IMG/VR virus record: IMGVR_UViG_3300036846_001111
Span: 7,887-71,886 of that record
Source of the DNA: a virus
Length of the DNA stretch: 64,000 nt
Reading direction: 5' to 3' (one strand)
A program made the translations under genes and the position numbers. Shown here one piece after another: positions 1 to 9,035 of this stretch. The first letter of the stretch is position 1. Each line of letters opens with the position of its first letter. Below the pieces are notes generated by a model. That model did not search any database and had not been told where the DNA came from. It saw only the letters and a list, made by a program, of their open reading frames with translations.

Positions 1-64
1 AAGTCGTCACGCTCGGCGGCGACGACCTGTCGCAAGACCGCCTCGAACTGCGCGCCTGACGCCA

Positions 65-1540
65 TCAGGGATGCGCCTCACCCTTCGGCGGCTTCGATCC
101 GTAGGCCGCGATCTTCTGCAGCCGGCCCTCGCCGGACCCGGCGCCGGCCTTCACCCGGCCGCCACGCTTGCGCATCGGCATCGGCGGCGGTGGGCCGCCG
201 GCGCCCGGCGGCGGCATCGGCATCGGCGGACCCCCGGGCGGCATCCCGGGCGGGCCGGCCGCGGCCGGCGGCGGCAGCACCGGCGGCGTCGGCGGGCGCA
301 TTGGCGCCAGCGGACCACCGGGCGGCGGCGCAGGCTGGGCGTTGGCCCCGCCGGGCGAGATGATGATGTTGATCTTGGTGCCGGCCTTGCCGCCCTTGGC
401 GCGCGCGGCGCGTCCGCCCTTGGCGCGGGCGTCGGCGTCGAACTTGGAGAGCAGGCCGCCCTTGGCCTTCTTCGCCGCGCAGCGCGGGCACGTGCAGTCC
501 GGCCCGTGGCCCTGTTTGGCCTCGGCCTTCACCGCCTCGCGGATGTTGGCGCCGCCAGCGGCCCTGGCGCGGCCGCCGGCCTTGTGGCCTTCGCCTTCGA
601 CGTCGTGGCGGAAGCTCTGCGCGTTCCAGCCGGCGCGCCAGCCCAGGTGCTCGGGGGAGTCGGCCTCGTGCGGGTTGTCGGCCTTCTGCCTGCCCTCCGT
701 GTGCGCCCGCTCGCCGACCTGAAACGCCTTGTCGTAGATCGGCAGGCGCGGATCGGGGTCCCACGCCGAGGCCGGGCCACCCTTGGCCTTGCCCTCGCGC
801 ATGGCGTCGTGCTCGGCATGGTGCGCGGCCAGCACCTTGGTCTCGACGCTGCCGCCGTCCTTACGGCCGACCCGGCCGTAGCGCGCCTGCGCCTTGGCGC
901 GGCCATCGGTGACGATGCCGCCGTGCTTGATGCCCAGCTTCGCCCCGGTCGAGGCCTGCGGCCCGAAGTTGAAGCCGAGCCGGCCCTGGCCGCCCATGCC
1001 GGCCGCCAGCGGCGTCGCCAGCGGACCCCCAGCCTGACGGGCGACGCGGCCGCCGGCGGCGCGGCCGCGGCGATCCTCGGCCGCCGGCCGTTCCTCGGTC
1101 GACACCGTCGAGGAGCCGGTCGAGCGCTTCAGGCGCCGGGTGGCGCTGGCGCCGGCGGCCTCGGCGTTGGGCAGGTAGCCGCCCTCGGCGCGATGGGTGC
1201 GCCCGCCCTTCTTCATGCCGCCGTTAGGGTAGTGGCCCTCGCGCTCGGCGTCGGCCGACTTGGCGTCGCGATTGACCAGCGCGTTGGCGAAGCCGCCGCC
1301 CTTGCGCGGGCTGCGGCCGGGGTTGCCGCCGGCGTGCATGCCGACCACCGCGCCGCCGTCCTTGCGGGCCTGCCGGGAGACCGGCCGCATGCCGGTCTTC
1401 ACCCCGGCGTAGAGCTTCTCGGCCGGGGTGAAGTCGGAGGCGTCGACGTTCCTGGCGTCCTCGCCGCCGCCCAGGCGCTCGGCCTTGGCCTTCATCGCCT
1501 CGCGATAGGACTTGGCATCCGCTGCGCTCGCGCCAGCCAT
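65..1540 (-). CDS. Putative virion/internal protein with ~15 [RKMIH]-x-x-GG motifs, embedded Rmf/CrpP-like segment and Pro-rich C-terminus
   Basis: ORF 65..1591; ATG at 1540 preceded by GGAGG; lies just downstream of portal; motifs RKDGG, MKKGG, RAEGG, RAAGG, KAKGG etc. Confidence 0.8.
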   Translation of the reverse strand: MAGASAADAKSYREAMKAKAERLGGGEDARNVDASDFTPAEKLYAGVKTGMRPVSRQARKDGGAVVGMHAGGNPGRSPRKGGGFANALVNRDAKSADAEREGHYPNGGMKKGGRTHRAEGGYLPNAEAAGASATRRLKRSTGSSTVSTEERPAAEDRRGRAAGGRVARQAGGPLATPLAAGMGGQGRLGFNFGPQASTGAKLGIKHGGIVTDGRAKAQARYGRVGRKDGGSVETKVLAAHHAEHDAMREGKAKGGPASAWDPDPRLPIYDKAFQVGERAHTEGRQKADNPHEADSPEHLGWRAGWNAQSFRHDVEGEGHKAGGRARAAGGANIREAVKAEAKQGHGPDCTCPRCAAKKAKGGLLSKFDADARAKGGRAARAKGGKAGTKINIIISPGGANAQPAPPPGGPLAPMRPPTPPVLPPPAAAGPPGMPPGGPPMPMPPPGAGGPPPPMPMRKRGGRVKAGAGSGEGRLQKIAAYGSKPPKGEAHP

Positions 1541-1541
1541 C

Positions 1542-2120
1542 TCAGCCTCCTTTGGGCGGGGCGACCATGCCGCTCGCGGCGGCCTCGCCAACGGTCATGT
1601 TCAGGCCCGGCCGCAGCGCCTTGTCGGCATAGGGGTCGGGCGGCTGCAGCAGGTGCTCGAACTGCAGGTGCGCCTCGGCCGTGAGTCGGGCTGCGCGTTC
1701 CAGCACCGCGAGCGATGGCACCTGCCCGCCCGGGGTCTGCGCCTCGACGAAGAGCCCGAGCGTCTCCTTCAGATGGGAAAGCGCGCTCCTCAGGGTGTCG
1801 TCGCGGTTGGCGCTCATCTGTGCAGCCTCCTTGGCAGCCTCCCTGAACGGGTCCCAGGCGCCGAAGTTGTCCGACCGCCGCGGGTCCAGCGGCTCGGTGA
1901 CGTCGACCCGGTGATTGGCGACGGCGCCCTCGCGCGGCACGCCGAACACGTCCTCGTAGGTCGGCAGCCAACTGCGCAGGGTCGCCAGCGCCACGGTGAG
2001 GTGCTCTTCGGCGCGGCGCAGGTCGCTGACCGACGGCTGGCCCCACATCGGGGTGATCAGGGTGCGCGCCGATGCGAGGCGCGATCGCAAGAGGTGGATG
2101 GCCTGATCGTCCATCTGCAT
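1542..2120 (-). CDS. Hypothetical protein
   Basis: ORF between portal and the GG-motif gene, normal composition, tightly packed. Confidence 0.7.
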   Translation of the reverse strand: MQMDDQAIHLLRSRLASARTLITPMWGQPSVSDLRRAEEHLTVALATLRSWLPTYEDVFGVPREGAVANHRVDVTEPLDPRRSDNFGAWDPFREAAKEAAQMSANRDDTLRSALSHLKETLGLFVEAQTPGGQVPSLAVLERAARLTAEAHLQFEHLLQPPDPYADKALRPGLNMTVGEAAASGMVAPPKGG

Positions 2121-2124
2121 CGCT

Positions 2125-4575
2125 CTAGTCCGAATCCCCACCCTTGTCCTTAGCGGCCGCCGCGGCCTGGATTTCCGCCTGCCGCACGTCAGCCGAGCGA
2201 TCGAGGGCGTTCTCGCGCTGCTCGTGGCCGTGCTCCATCTGGGTGGTGGCGACGTCGGTGTGGTGCGCCAGGATCGCCTTGACGAGGTCGACCCGGTCGG
2301 AGTTGGCCTCGGCCTGCCGGTCGGCGGCGCGATCGCCGCTCTGCTCCTTCATCTCGGCGGCCTTGAAGCCCACCTGCTTTTCCCGGGTCTTGGCGTCCAT
2401 GCGGCGGGTCTGGGCGTCCATCAGCTTGGCGTGGGTCTCCAGCGCGTCGAGGTGGTTGGGCTGCGCGTCGGCCTTGCCGAAGCCGCCCTGCTGAATCTTC
2501 GCCTGGGTCTCGGCCAGCTTCGCCTTCGCCACCTGGGCGCGCGCCTGGGCGTCCATGGTCTTGGCGTCGGCCTGCTGCTGCTTGGCCTTCATCTCGGCCT
2601 GCATCTGCTGCAGTTCGGGCGGCGGGTTGGCCATCGCCTGCGGCGGCACGAAGAACTGGCTGGGGTCGTTGATCCCCATGGTTTTCAACACGTAGGTGTC
2701 GACGGCGATCGGGTCGTAGAGGCTCTGGCTGGTGCCCTGAAGCTGCTTCAGCCCCATCGCCTTCATCGCCCGGTGCAGGTGGCTGGCGGTGTTCGGATCG
2801 GCCTGCGGGACGAGGTCGCAGGTCTGGATGGCGGTCAGGAAGGTCTGCTCGGTCCAGGGGTTCTGGCTCGTCTGTTCGAGGTTGAGGAAGTCCTCCGGGT
2901 GCTCGCGGAAGCAGGCCACCAACAGCTTGAACTCCTCGGCCTGGGAGGCGTGCAGGCGCTTGTGCACCGAGGACTCGATCTTGGTGGCCTGCTCGATCAA
3001 AGCGAGGGTGGTGCCGACCGGCGCGTCCTGGCGCCCCTCGCCGACCTGAATCTCGGCGGTGCCGCCGATCCGCGCGCCGGTGGTCGCCATGCCCTCGACG
3101 AGGCTCATCAGCGCCGGCATCTGCTGGGTGTTGTAGGGCAGCGGCATCACCGACTGGTTGATCGGCTTGCCCAGCGTGTCGATCGGCTGACCACCGCCGG
3201 GCGGCACCCGGATGACCGTGGTCTGCTGGCGGGTGGCAGATTTGGCGATGAGGAATCCCGGGAAGTTCGCGTACATCCCGTTGTCGAGCATCTCTCGCCA
3301 AGCAGCCGTGATGGCGTTCGTGGTATTGCCGAGGATGTGACCCAGGCCAAGATCATAGAAACCGAAGCCGGGGACGTAGGAATACTTGACGAACGTCTTG
3401 CGCTTTTTGGGGAGTTCATCATCGGACTTGGGCTCGTCGTAGTCCCTGACCAGCGCCAGCACCTGCCGGCTGGTGCGGTCGATGGTCACCCGGTAGGGAA
3501 TCTCCAGCCCGGAGTCCTTGCCCTTCCACTGGTGCTCGTAGCCGACGAGGTCGAGGTCGCAGTAGCACTCGTAGAGGTCGCGATCGCGATCGTCGGGGTT
3601 CTGCACGTCCTCGGCGATGCCCTGCTGGCGGCGCGCCTCGCGCTCGGCCTCGTTGAGGTCGCTCTGCAGCGGCGCGCCGAGGTCGACGTCGCGGTAGGCG
3701 CCGATGATCTGCATGCGCTTGATGGTGGTCGGCGACATGCGGATCGCGTGGGTGACGCGCCGCGCGTTGGCGAGGTCGGTGGCGTCGTTGGAGACGATCA
3801 GTTCGACCGCGGTCACCGTCTCGGAGACCGGCCGCATTCTGAGCGGACAGCGATAGATTTTCTTGAAGGTGGTGCCTTCCAGGCCGAGGCGGAAGTACAT
3901 CCGGTCGGTGTCCGGGTAGTACTCCGTCGCATGCGCCGTAAGGTAGTGGTTCATGTCGCTTTCGAGCGCGTCGGCCAAGAGCGCCTGCTGCGCCTGCCAC
4001 TGGCTGTCGTCGCGCACCTTCACCGGCCCGTCGGTCGGCAGCATCTCGGCCCGCGCGTTGGCCTGGAAGCGCAGGACCGCCTCCAGCAGCAGCGGGTGGC
4101 GCACCTTGCTCATGCCCTCGACCGGGGCCGAGTCGGCGACGCCGCCGATGTTCGGCACCTCGATGGTCACCCCGATCAGCTTGATGAAGGTGGCGACGGT
4201 GTCGATCCAGTCCTTGCGGCTGGCAATGTCGTCGTCGATGCCGCGGATCAGGTCTTCGGCGATCGTGCCAAGCTGGCCCTCGTCCAAGTCCTCGGCGAGG
4301 TTGGCGAACCAGTCCTGCGGACCCCGGTTGTGGCCGATCCCGTAGAGCGGCTTGTCGTTGACGCTGATGGTGACCGAGCCGTCGCCGTGCTCGATCGAGA
4401 ACACCTCGCCCTCGGTGTTGACCTGCGGCGCGTCGGCGTCCTCGTCGGGGTCGACGTCGACGACGATGTCGTCGTTGGCGCTGCTGACCGGCGCCGGCGA
4501 GACCAGCCGCAGGTTGGCGCGGCCGAAGCCCGAGCGCGCCATCTGGCCGGCGCCGAGGGTGGGGCGGCGCGCCAT
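2125..4575 (-). CDS. Portal protein (P22-like)
   Basis: 816 aa; HPLLLEAVLRFQA, FKKIY, PGFGFYDLG, APVGTTLALIEQ motifs; Gln-rich helical C-terminal barrel; follows terL. Confidence 0.9.
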   Translation of the reverse strand: MARRPTLGAGQMARSGFGRANLRLVSPAPVSSANDDIVVDVDPDEDADAPQVNTEGEVFSIEHGDGSVTISVNDKPLYGIGHNRGPQDWFANLAEDLDEGQLGTIAEDLIRGIDDDIASRKDWIDTVATFIKLIGVTIEVPNIGGVADSAPVEGMSKVRHPLLLEAVLRFQANARAEMLPTDGPVKVRDDSQWQAQQALLADALESDMNHYLTAHATEYYPDTDRMYFRLGLEGTTFKKIYRCPLRMRPVSETVTAVELIVSNDATDLANARRVTHAIRMSPTTIKRMQIIGAYRDVDLGAPLQSDLNEAEREARRQQGIAEDVQNPDDRDRDLYECYCDLDLVGYEHQWKGKDSGLEIPYRVTIDRTSRQVLALVRDYDEPKSDDELPKKRKTFVKYSYVPGFGFYDLGLGHILGNTTNAITAAWREMLDNGMYANFPGFLIAKSATRQQTTVIRVPPGGGQPIDTLGKPINQSVMPLPYNTQQMPALMSLVEGMATTGARIGGTAEIQVGEGRQDAPVGTTLALIEQATKIESSVHKRLHASQAEEFKLLVACFREHPEDFLNLEQTSQNPWTEQTFLTAIQTCDLVPQADPNTASHLHRAMKAMGLKQLQGTSQSLYDPIAVDTYVLKTMGINDPSQFFVPPQAMANPPPELQQMQAEMKAKQQQADAKTMDAQARAQVAKAKLAETQAKIQQGGFGKADAQPNHLDALETHAKLMDAQTRRMDAKTREKQVGFKAAEMKEQSGDRAADRQAEANSDRVDLVKAILAHHTDVATTQMEHGHEQRENALDRSADVRQAEIQAAAAAKDKGGDSD

Positions 4576-4893
4576 TCAGGCCTCCCAGACCGCGGCGATC
4601 TTGCGATCGTCGTCGCCGTGGCCGCCGGGCCGGGGCTCGCCGTAGACCACGTAGCGGACGAGGCCGTCGGGGCCGTCGGGGCCGTAGCGCCAGCGCTGGT
4701 GGACGCCGTCGACCTCGGCGTCGATGACGTCACCGTGCCGGACGGCGTCTTGAGGCGGCGCGGGGACCTCGTCGCGGGTGAGGATGCGCCCGCCGTCCGC
4801 CTTGCAGAAGTCGGTGAGGGTGATCTCGACCACCGGGACGCTCTTCAGGCGGGCCATCAGCGGCTCCTGCATGGCGTGCAGCACGCGGGCCAT
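4576..4893 (-). CDS. Hypothetical protein
   Basis: 105-aa ORF abutting the portal start. Confidence 0.65.
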   Translation of the reverse strand: MARVLHAMQEPLMARLKSVPVVEITLTDFCKADGGRILTRDEVPAPPQDAVRHGDVIDAEVDGVHQRWRYGPDGPDGLVRYVVYGEPRPGGHGDDDRKIAAVWEA

Positions 4894-5108
4894 CAGTTCG
4901 GCCGCTGCATGTCGGCGACGTAGAGGTCGAGGCCGGCGCGGCCGGCGATGTCGTCGGTGGCGGCGGCGATCTGGTAGACGCGCCGGGGCAGCTTGTCGCC
5001 GGTGATCAGTTCGCCCCAGCAGGTGACCCTGAACGGCGTCAGGTCGGCCTCGCAGGGGAACTTGGCGACGTCGACGACGGCCTGCGCCAGAATCTGGGGC
5101 CCGATCAT
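4893..5108 (-). CDS. Hypothetical protein
   Basis: ATG 5108 with GGAGGG RBS (MIGPQILAQ...); stop overlaps the next start. Confidence 0.65.
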   Translation of the reverse strand: MIGPQILAQAVVDVAKFPCEADLTPFRVTCWGELITGDKLPRRVYQIAAATDDIAGRAGLDLYVADMQRPN

Positions 5109-5265
5109 GGTCGGCCCTCCGTTGTGCCGCCCCTTCCTGAGGCGGCAGGCGCCAGGGCCGCGCTTGCGACGGTGGCTCACCGAGCGTCCTCTCGGAAGGC
5201 GCCCGGATGAGTGTCGCGGCCGGGAAGACTGGGGAGGCCTGCGGTTCCGAGCCGCCAGCCTGAGA

Positions 5266-7050
5266 TCAGCCCACACCGGGATAGAGCGGCTCTGGCGGGC
5301 GCGAGTATTGCTTGGCCGCGTCGATCTCCGCAAGCCGTTCGGCCGGCAGCTTCAGAATCCCGCGGTCGCGCAGGTGGCGCAGCGCCTGGGAGACGGTGTC
5401 GACGAGGTCGTCGTGCTTGCCCTTGGGGAAGCTCTCGCACTGGCGCGCCACTTCCTCGGCCCAGATGCGGAAGGTCGGCTGGCCCGGCGAGCTTGGGGCG
5501 TAGACGATGCCGTCGCGGGTGGGGACGAGGATCGGCGCGCCGCTGATCGGGTCGCGGACCACCTTGCCCTGCACGTCCTTCCGCTCGGTGAGTTCCGGCG
5601 CGAAGAAGGGGACCACGGAGTGCAACCGGGAGACCTTGTCGGTCGACTTCGGGTCGTTGAGTTCGACGCCCCAGTGCTCCTCGGCGTAGAGCCGCTGCAT
5701 CTCCTGGCTGACGCTGATGCCGGATGCCTTGTTCTCGATGAGCAGGAGGTCGACCTTGTAGCGCTTGCAGGTGTCGGCGGCGGTGGTGACCAGTTCATGC
5801 AGGGCGAGGCGCTTCTGCCAAGCGTACATCAGCATGACCTTGGCGCTGGGCTCGTAGAAGTTGCGCTCGGCGAGGTAGACCGGGCGCCCGTCGTGGTCGA
5901 TGTAGCGGCCCGGGATCGCCTCGATCGAATGGGACCAGACGCCCCAGACGGTGATGGCGGAAAAGTCGTTCTCGGTCTTCTCGGTGTAGGCGGTGTCGAG
6001 GCTGGCCAGCACGAAGTCCATCGGCGGGTAGCCGGCCGCCTCCCACGGCATCCACCACTCGTATTTCACGATGCCGCCGCCCTTCGGCTTGGGGCTCTGC
6101 TCCAACTGGCCGGCGGCGCCCCATGGGCCGAGGGTGCGTTCGAGGGCCCTGACCGCCGGCTCGGGGAAGCGCGTGGGCCACAGGAGTTCGCCCTCGCCGT
6201 CGCCGCCGTTGCGTTGATCGCGGGGGTCGGACCAGCCGATGGAAGTGTAGTAGAAGCGCTGCGGGTCGTAGTGCATCGGCAGTATAAGATTATCCCACTC
6301 GCCGATCTGCTGCTCCAGCACGTGTCCGGTGAGGTCGTTCTCGGCGAGGCGCTGCTGGATATTGATGTATGCGCCAGATGAGGGGTCGTTGAGGCGGGTG
6401 CTGGCGGTCTGATCCCACCACTCGATGACTTCCTCGATCGCCGCGTCCGAGTTGGCCTCGTTGGCGGCGTTGGCGTCGTCGATGACGAAGATGTTGCCGC
6501 CGAAGCCGGTGGCGGTGCCGTTGATCGAGGTGACGAGGCGCTCGCCGCCCTCCGAGTTGGCGAAGCGGTGGGCGCTGGATTCGTCGCTTAGGAGGGTGAA
6601 GCGCTGGTTGGGGCCGGCGAGGGCGCCCCAGCGCTGCTGATACCAGCCGGTGTTGATCAGGCGGCGGTTGCGGAGGCTGAAGCGCAGGGAGAGCTTCTCG
6701 GCGTAGCTGGCGTAGACGAACTGCACGGCCGCGCCCGACGTCGGGCTGTCGTGGTCAGGCGGCTGCGCCCACACCCAGGCCGGGAAGCAGACGCTGCAGA
6801 GCGTCGACTTGCCGCTCCTGGGGGGGATGTTGATGTTGAGCCGCTTGATCTGGCCGTCGACCACCGCCTCCAAGTGCTCGGCGATCGCCTGCAGCGGCCA
6901 GCCCGGGCGGAAGGGGGCGGGGTCGATCTGTTTCCAGGCCTGCTTGGTGAACTTGTAGAAACTCTCCTCGCAGTCGAAGCGGGAGAGGTCGATCCGCTGC
7001 TCGGCGGGATCGATCCTGATGTCACCGAAGTCGAGGAGCGGCATCGACAT
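5266..7050 (-). CDS. terL: Terminase large subunit
   Basis: Walker A-like NIPPRSGKS, Walker B VIDD, RNase H-like LASLDTAY, IENKASG, FPKGKHDDLVDT; start at 7050 is the preferred but uncertain choice. Confidence 0.95.
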   Translation of the reverse strand: MSMPLLDFGDIRIDPAEQRIDLSRFDCEESFYKFTKQAWKQIDPAPFRPGWPLQAIAEHLEAVVDGQIKRLNINIPPRSGKSTLCSVCFPAWVWAQPPDHDSPTSGAAVQFVYASYAEKLSLRFSLRNRRLINTGWYQQRWGALAGPNQRFTLLSDESSAHRFANSEGGERLVTSINGTATGFGGNIFVIDDANAANEANSDAAIEEVIEWWDQTASTRLNDPSSGAYINIQQRLAENDLTGHVLEQQIGEWDNLILPMHYDPQRFYYTSIGWSDPRDQRNGGDGEGELLWPTRFPEPAVRALERTLGPWGAAGQLEQSPKPKGGGIVKYEWWMPWEAAGYPPMDFVLASLDTAYTEKTENDFSAITVWGVWSHSIEAIPGRYIDHDGRPVYLAERNFYEPSAKVMLMYAWQKRLALHELVTTAADTCKRYKVDLLLIENKASGISVSQEMQRLYAEEHWGVELNDPKSTDKVSRLHSVVPFFAPELTERKDVQGKVVRDPISGAPILVPTRDGIVYAPSSPGQPTFRIWAEEVARQCESFPKGKHDDLVDTVSQALRHLRDRGILKLPAERLAEIDAAKQYSRPPEPLYPGVG

Positions 7051-7108
7051 GATGGGCGTCCGCGCGGTGGGCCCTTCTAGCGCACCCTGAGGCGACGCCA
7101 GAAGAGCC

Positions 7109-7167
7109 CCCATGCCATGCCTCGCCCCGCCCCGCCTACCTCGCCTTACCGCGCCAAGCCCGGCCTG
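7109..7167 (-). repeat. Degenerate GGCNN pentanucleotide tandem array (~11 units)
   Basis: Minus strand reads GGCCG GGCTT GGCGC GGTAA GGCGA GGTA GGCGG GGCGG GGCGA GGCAT GGCAT GG. Confidence 0.7.
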
Positions 7168-7217
7168 GACGCGCCGAGTCAACGCCGCCCCGGGAGGGAC
7201 GACGTCCGGGGGTCCTC

Positions 7218-7550
7218 TCACCAGTCGGGGAAGAGGTCAAGCTGGCCGTTCTTGGCGGATGGGCAACTGCCGTAGCCGGGGCGGCGGAACAGATCACCCT
7301 GGCGGGCCGGGTGGGGCTGCGTCGCCCTGATGATCGCCTCCATGTAGGGGCGGAAGGTTTGGGGGTAGAGCGCGAAGCAGTGGCTGCCGCTTTGGTTGGT
7401 CTTCTGGCGGTTGTCCTTGGGGGGGAGATGACCCTTGGTGAGGGTGGCCCAGGCGTCCCGCGTGCGGGCGCCGGCCTCCCAGGTGTGCTGCTTGGTGGGT
7501 TCGAGATGCAGAGCCCGGAAGACGTCAAGCACGGTGATCATATCGGGCAT
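7218..7550 (-). CDS. Hypothetical protein between terS and terL
   Basis: MPDMITVLDVFRALHLEP...; globular-looking composition. Confidence 0.6.
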   Translation of the reverse strand: MPDMITVLDVFRALHLEPTKQHTWEAGARTRDAWATLTKGHLPPKDNRQKTNQSGSHCFALYPQTFRPYMEAIIRATQPHPARQGDLFRRPGYGSCPSAKNGQLDLFPDW

Positions 7551-7880
7551 ACGGGGGCCCCAGGAATAGCAAGTACTACCACCGAAAAGGGGGCCCCGGC
7601 TACTCAGGGAATACGGGAGGGGACCCGCTTCGCGGCCGCCATCTGTCAAGCTATTCCTAGGGCGCTTGCCCCCGGGGGGTGCGGCGTGCTGTCGCAGTTG
7701 ACTGTTGCAGGCATGCCACTACACCCTATGGGTGTGTGCCCTGCCTGCGGCGTCAGGCCGCGGCGCAGCGGCGATGGGCTGCGGCCGGCAGCCGCAGGCT
7801 GTGCCGATCGTCCGTGACCGGACGATAGCGCCCAGCCCGCTGCGCGTTACCGCATGTGCCGCCGGGCGGATGCGACGTGT

Positions 7881-8498
7881 TCACACGTCGCCTTCGTCCG
7901 GCGGCTGACGATCGGCGAGCGGCCCGTCGGTCCAGACGGCGTCGACCGCGTCGTCGTCGTCTGCGTCGTCGGGCGGCGGGATCAGGCCGGCGGCCTGCGC
8001 CTGGGCGAGCAGCGCCCGCAGCGCAGCGCGCCCGGCGTCGTCGAGCACGCGCGCGTCGACCACGTGGCGCACCGTCTCGGTGACCACGGCGTCGACCTTC
8101 AGCGCGCGCTCGGGCTCGGCGTAGGTGCCCGACTGCCACGCCCGCAGCAGCCGCATCCGCGTCTCGATGCGCAGCTTGGAGCGCAGCACGGCCTCGTTGT
8201 TGAAGCGCCAGCCGGTGGGCTCACCATCGTGGTCGCGCGTCTCCATCCAGTCGTTTGTGCCGTCGTCGGCGATCTCCAGGCACTCGTGCGCCAGGGCGTC
8301 CCAGCCGAGTGATCGGGCCGCGGCGAGGTCCTCACTAAACTCAGGGTCGGTTGACTGCCACTGGTGCACACACTGGCGCGTGATATTGTTGGCGCGGGCC
8401 GCAACCGAGAGCGGTGTTCCGATACTCAAGGCGACCAGAATGTCGCGCTTGATTTCGGCCTCGTTAGAGCGCCGAGGCCTGCCGCGGTGTGTACTCAC
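7881..8498 (-). CDS. terS: Terminase small subunit (Sf6/P22 gp3-like)
   Basis: GRP followed by HTH-like segment, W...DPEF, LEIADD, RSKLRIETR motifs; GTG at 8498 with GAGGG RBS; upstream of terL. Confidence 0.85.
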   Translation of the reverse strand: MSTHRGRPRRSNEAEIKRDILVALSIGTPLSVAARANNITRQCVHQWQSTDPEFSEDLAAARSLGWDALAHECLEIADDGTNDWMETRDHDGEPTGWRFNNEAVLRSKLRIETRMRLLRAWQSGTYAEPERALKVDAVVTETVRHVVDARVLDDAGRAALRALLAQAQAAGLIPPPDDADDDDAVDAVWTDGPLADRQPPDEGDV

Positions 8499-8536
8499 GG
8501 TTGAACCCTCCTCGCTACTTTCGGTGCACCTAAAAC

Positions 8537-8844
8537 TCTGTCCCGTCGTAAGCTCTTGATCCTGCAGGCCTTTTTGGCGTTTTGGGACAGAGTGGACAGA
8601 CGGGACGCCGTTCTCCCAAGAAGGGCATGCGTTTTTGAAATGCTCCTGCGGGCGCGTAGCGTCAAATAATTGACGTCCGCGGATAGGCCTGCGCGGCCCC
8701 CACAAACAGGGCCACCCGTCCTATCGTCCGCCCAAAGCCGACTTTTATCCTGTGCGCGTATATACTGTCCCATCTGTCCCTTTGTCCCATAGCAATAAAA
8801 ACAACGCCTTGACCGGGACAGACTGGGACAGACCCGGGACAGAC
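8537..8844. repeat. Inverted GGGACA(GAC) repeat clusters flanking IHF-like sites; candidate pac/cos or replication origin
   Basis: TGTCCC-oriented copies at 8537, 8765, 8773, 8783; GGGACA-oriented copies at 8584, 8594, 8815, 8825, 8836; IHF-like sites at 8549-8561 and 8799-8811. Confidence 0.7.
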
Positions 8845-8960
8845 CGGCCCTCAACAGAGCGCATCCATCAACACCACAGAGCGCAACCGTCCGCTCACTG
8901 AGCACATGCGCCCACCACACCCTCCCCCGCTTCATGTCAAACTGCCGCATCAACACCAGC

Positions 8961-8989
8961 TTGACACATACGCCGCACACCCTTACAAA
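8961..8989 (+). promoter_or_regulatory. Sigma70-type early promoter
   Basis: TTGACA-N17-TACAAA upstream of the first early gene. Confidence 0.7.
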
Positions 8990-9035
8990 GGCTGCACACC
9001 ACACGGCGCCACGCCAGACGAAAGACCCGCCCGCC

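Noticed and set aside
3147-3422. Alternative-frame ORF in the low-GC patch of portal
   Set aside because: The product is Ser/Arg/Pro-rich, typical of an off-frame read, with no RBS or TM, unlike the 45799..46047 case
2224-4923. 899-aa plus-strand ORF and many other long antisense ORFs (e.g. 71..1684, 4993..6381, 47468..48967)
   Set aside because: They are shadow frames opposite well-supported genes, expected at ~70% GC, with no motifs or RBS
7753-7884. Small GTG-start ORF after terS and hairpins at 7560-7800
   Set aside because: Short, with no motif or clear RBS; the inverted repeats are too short to call
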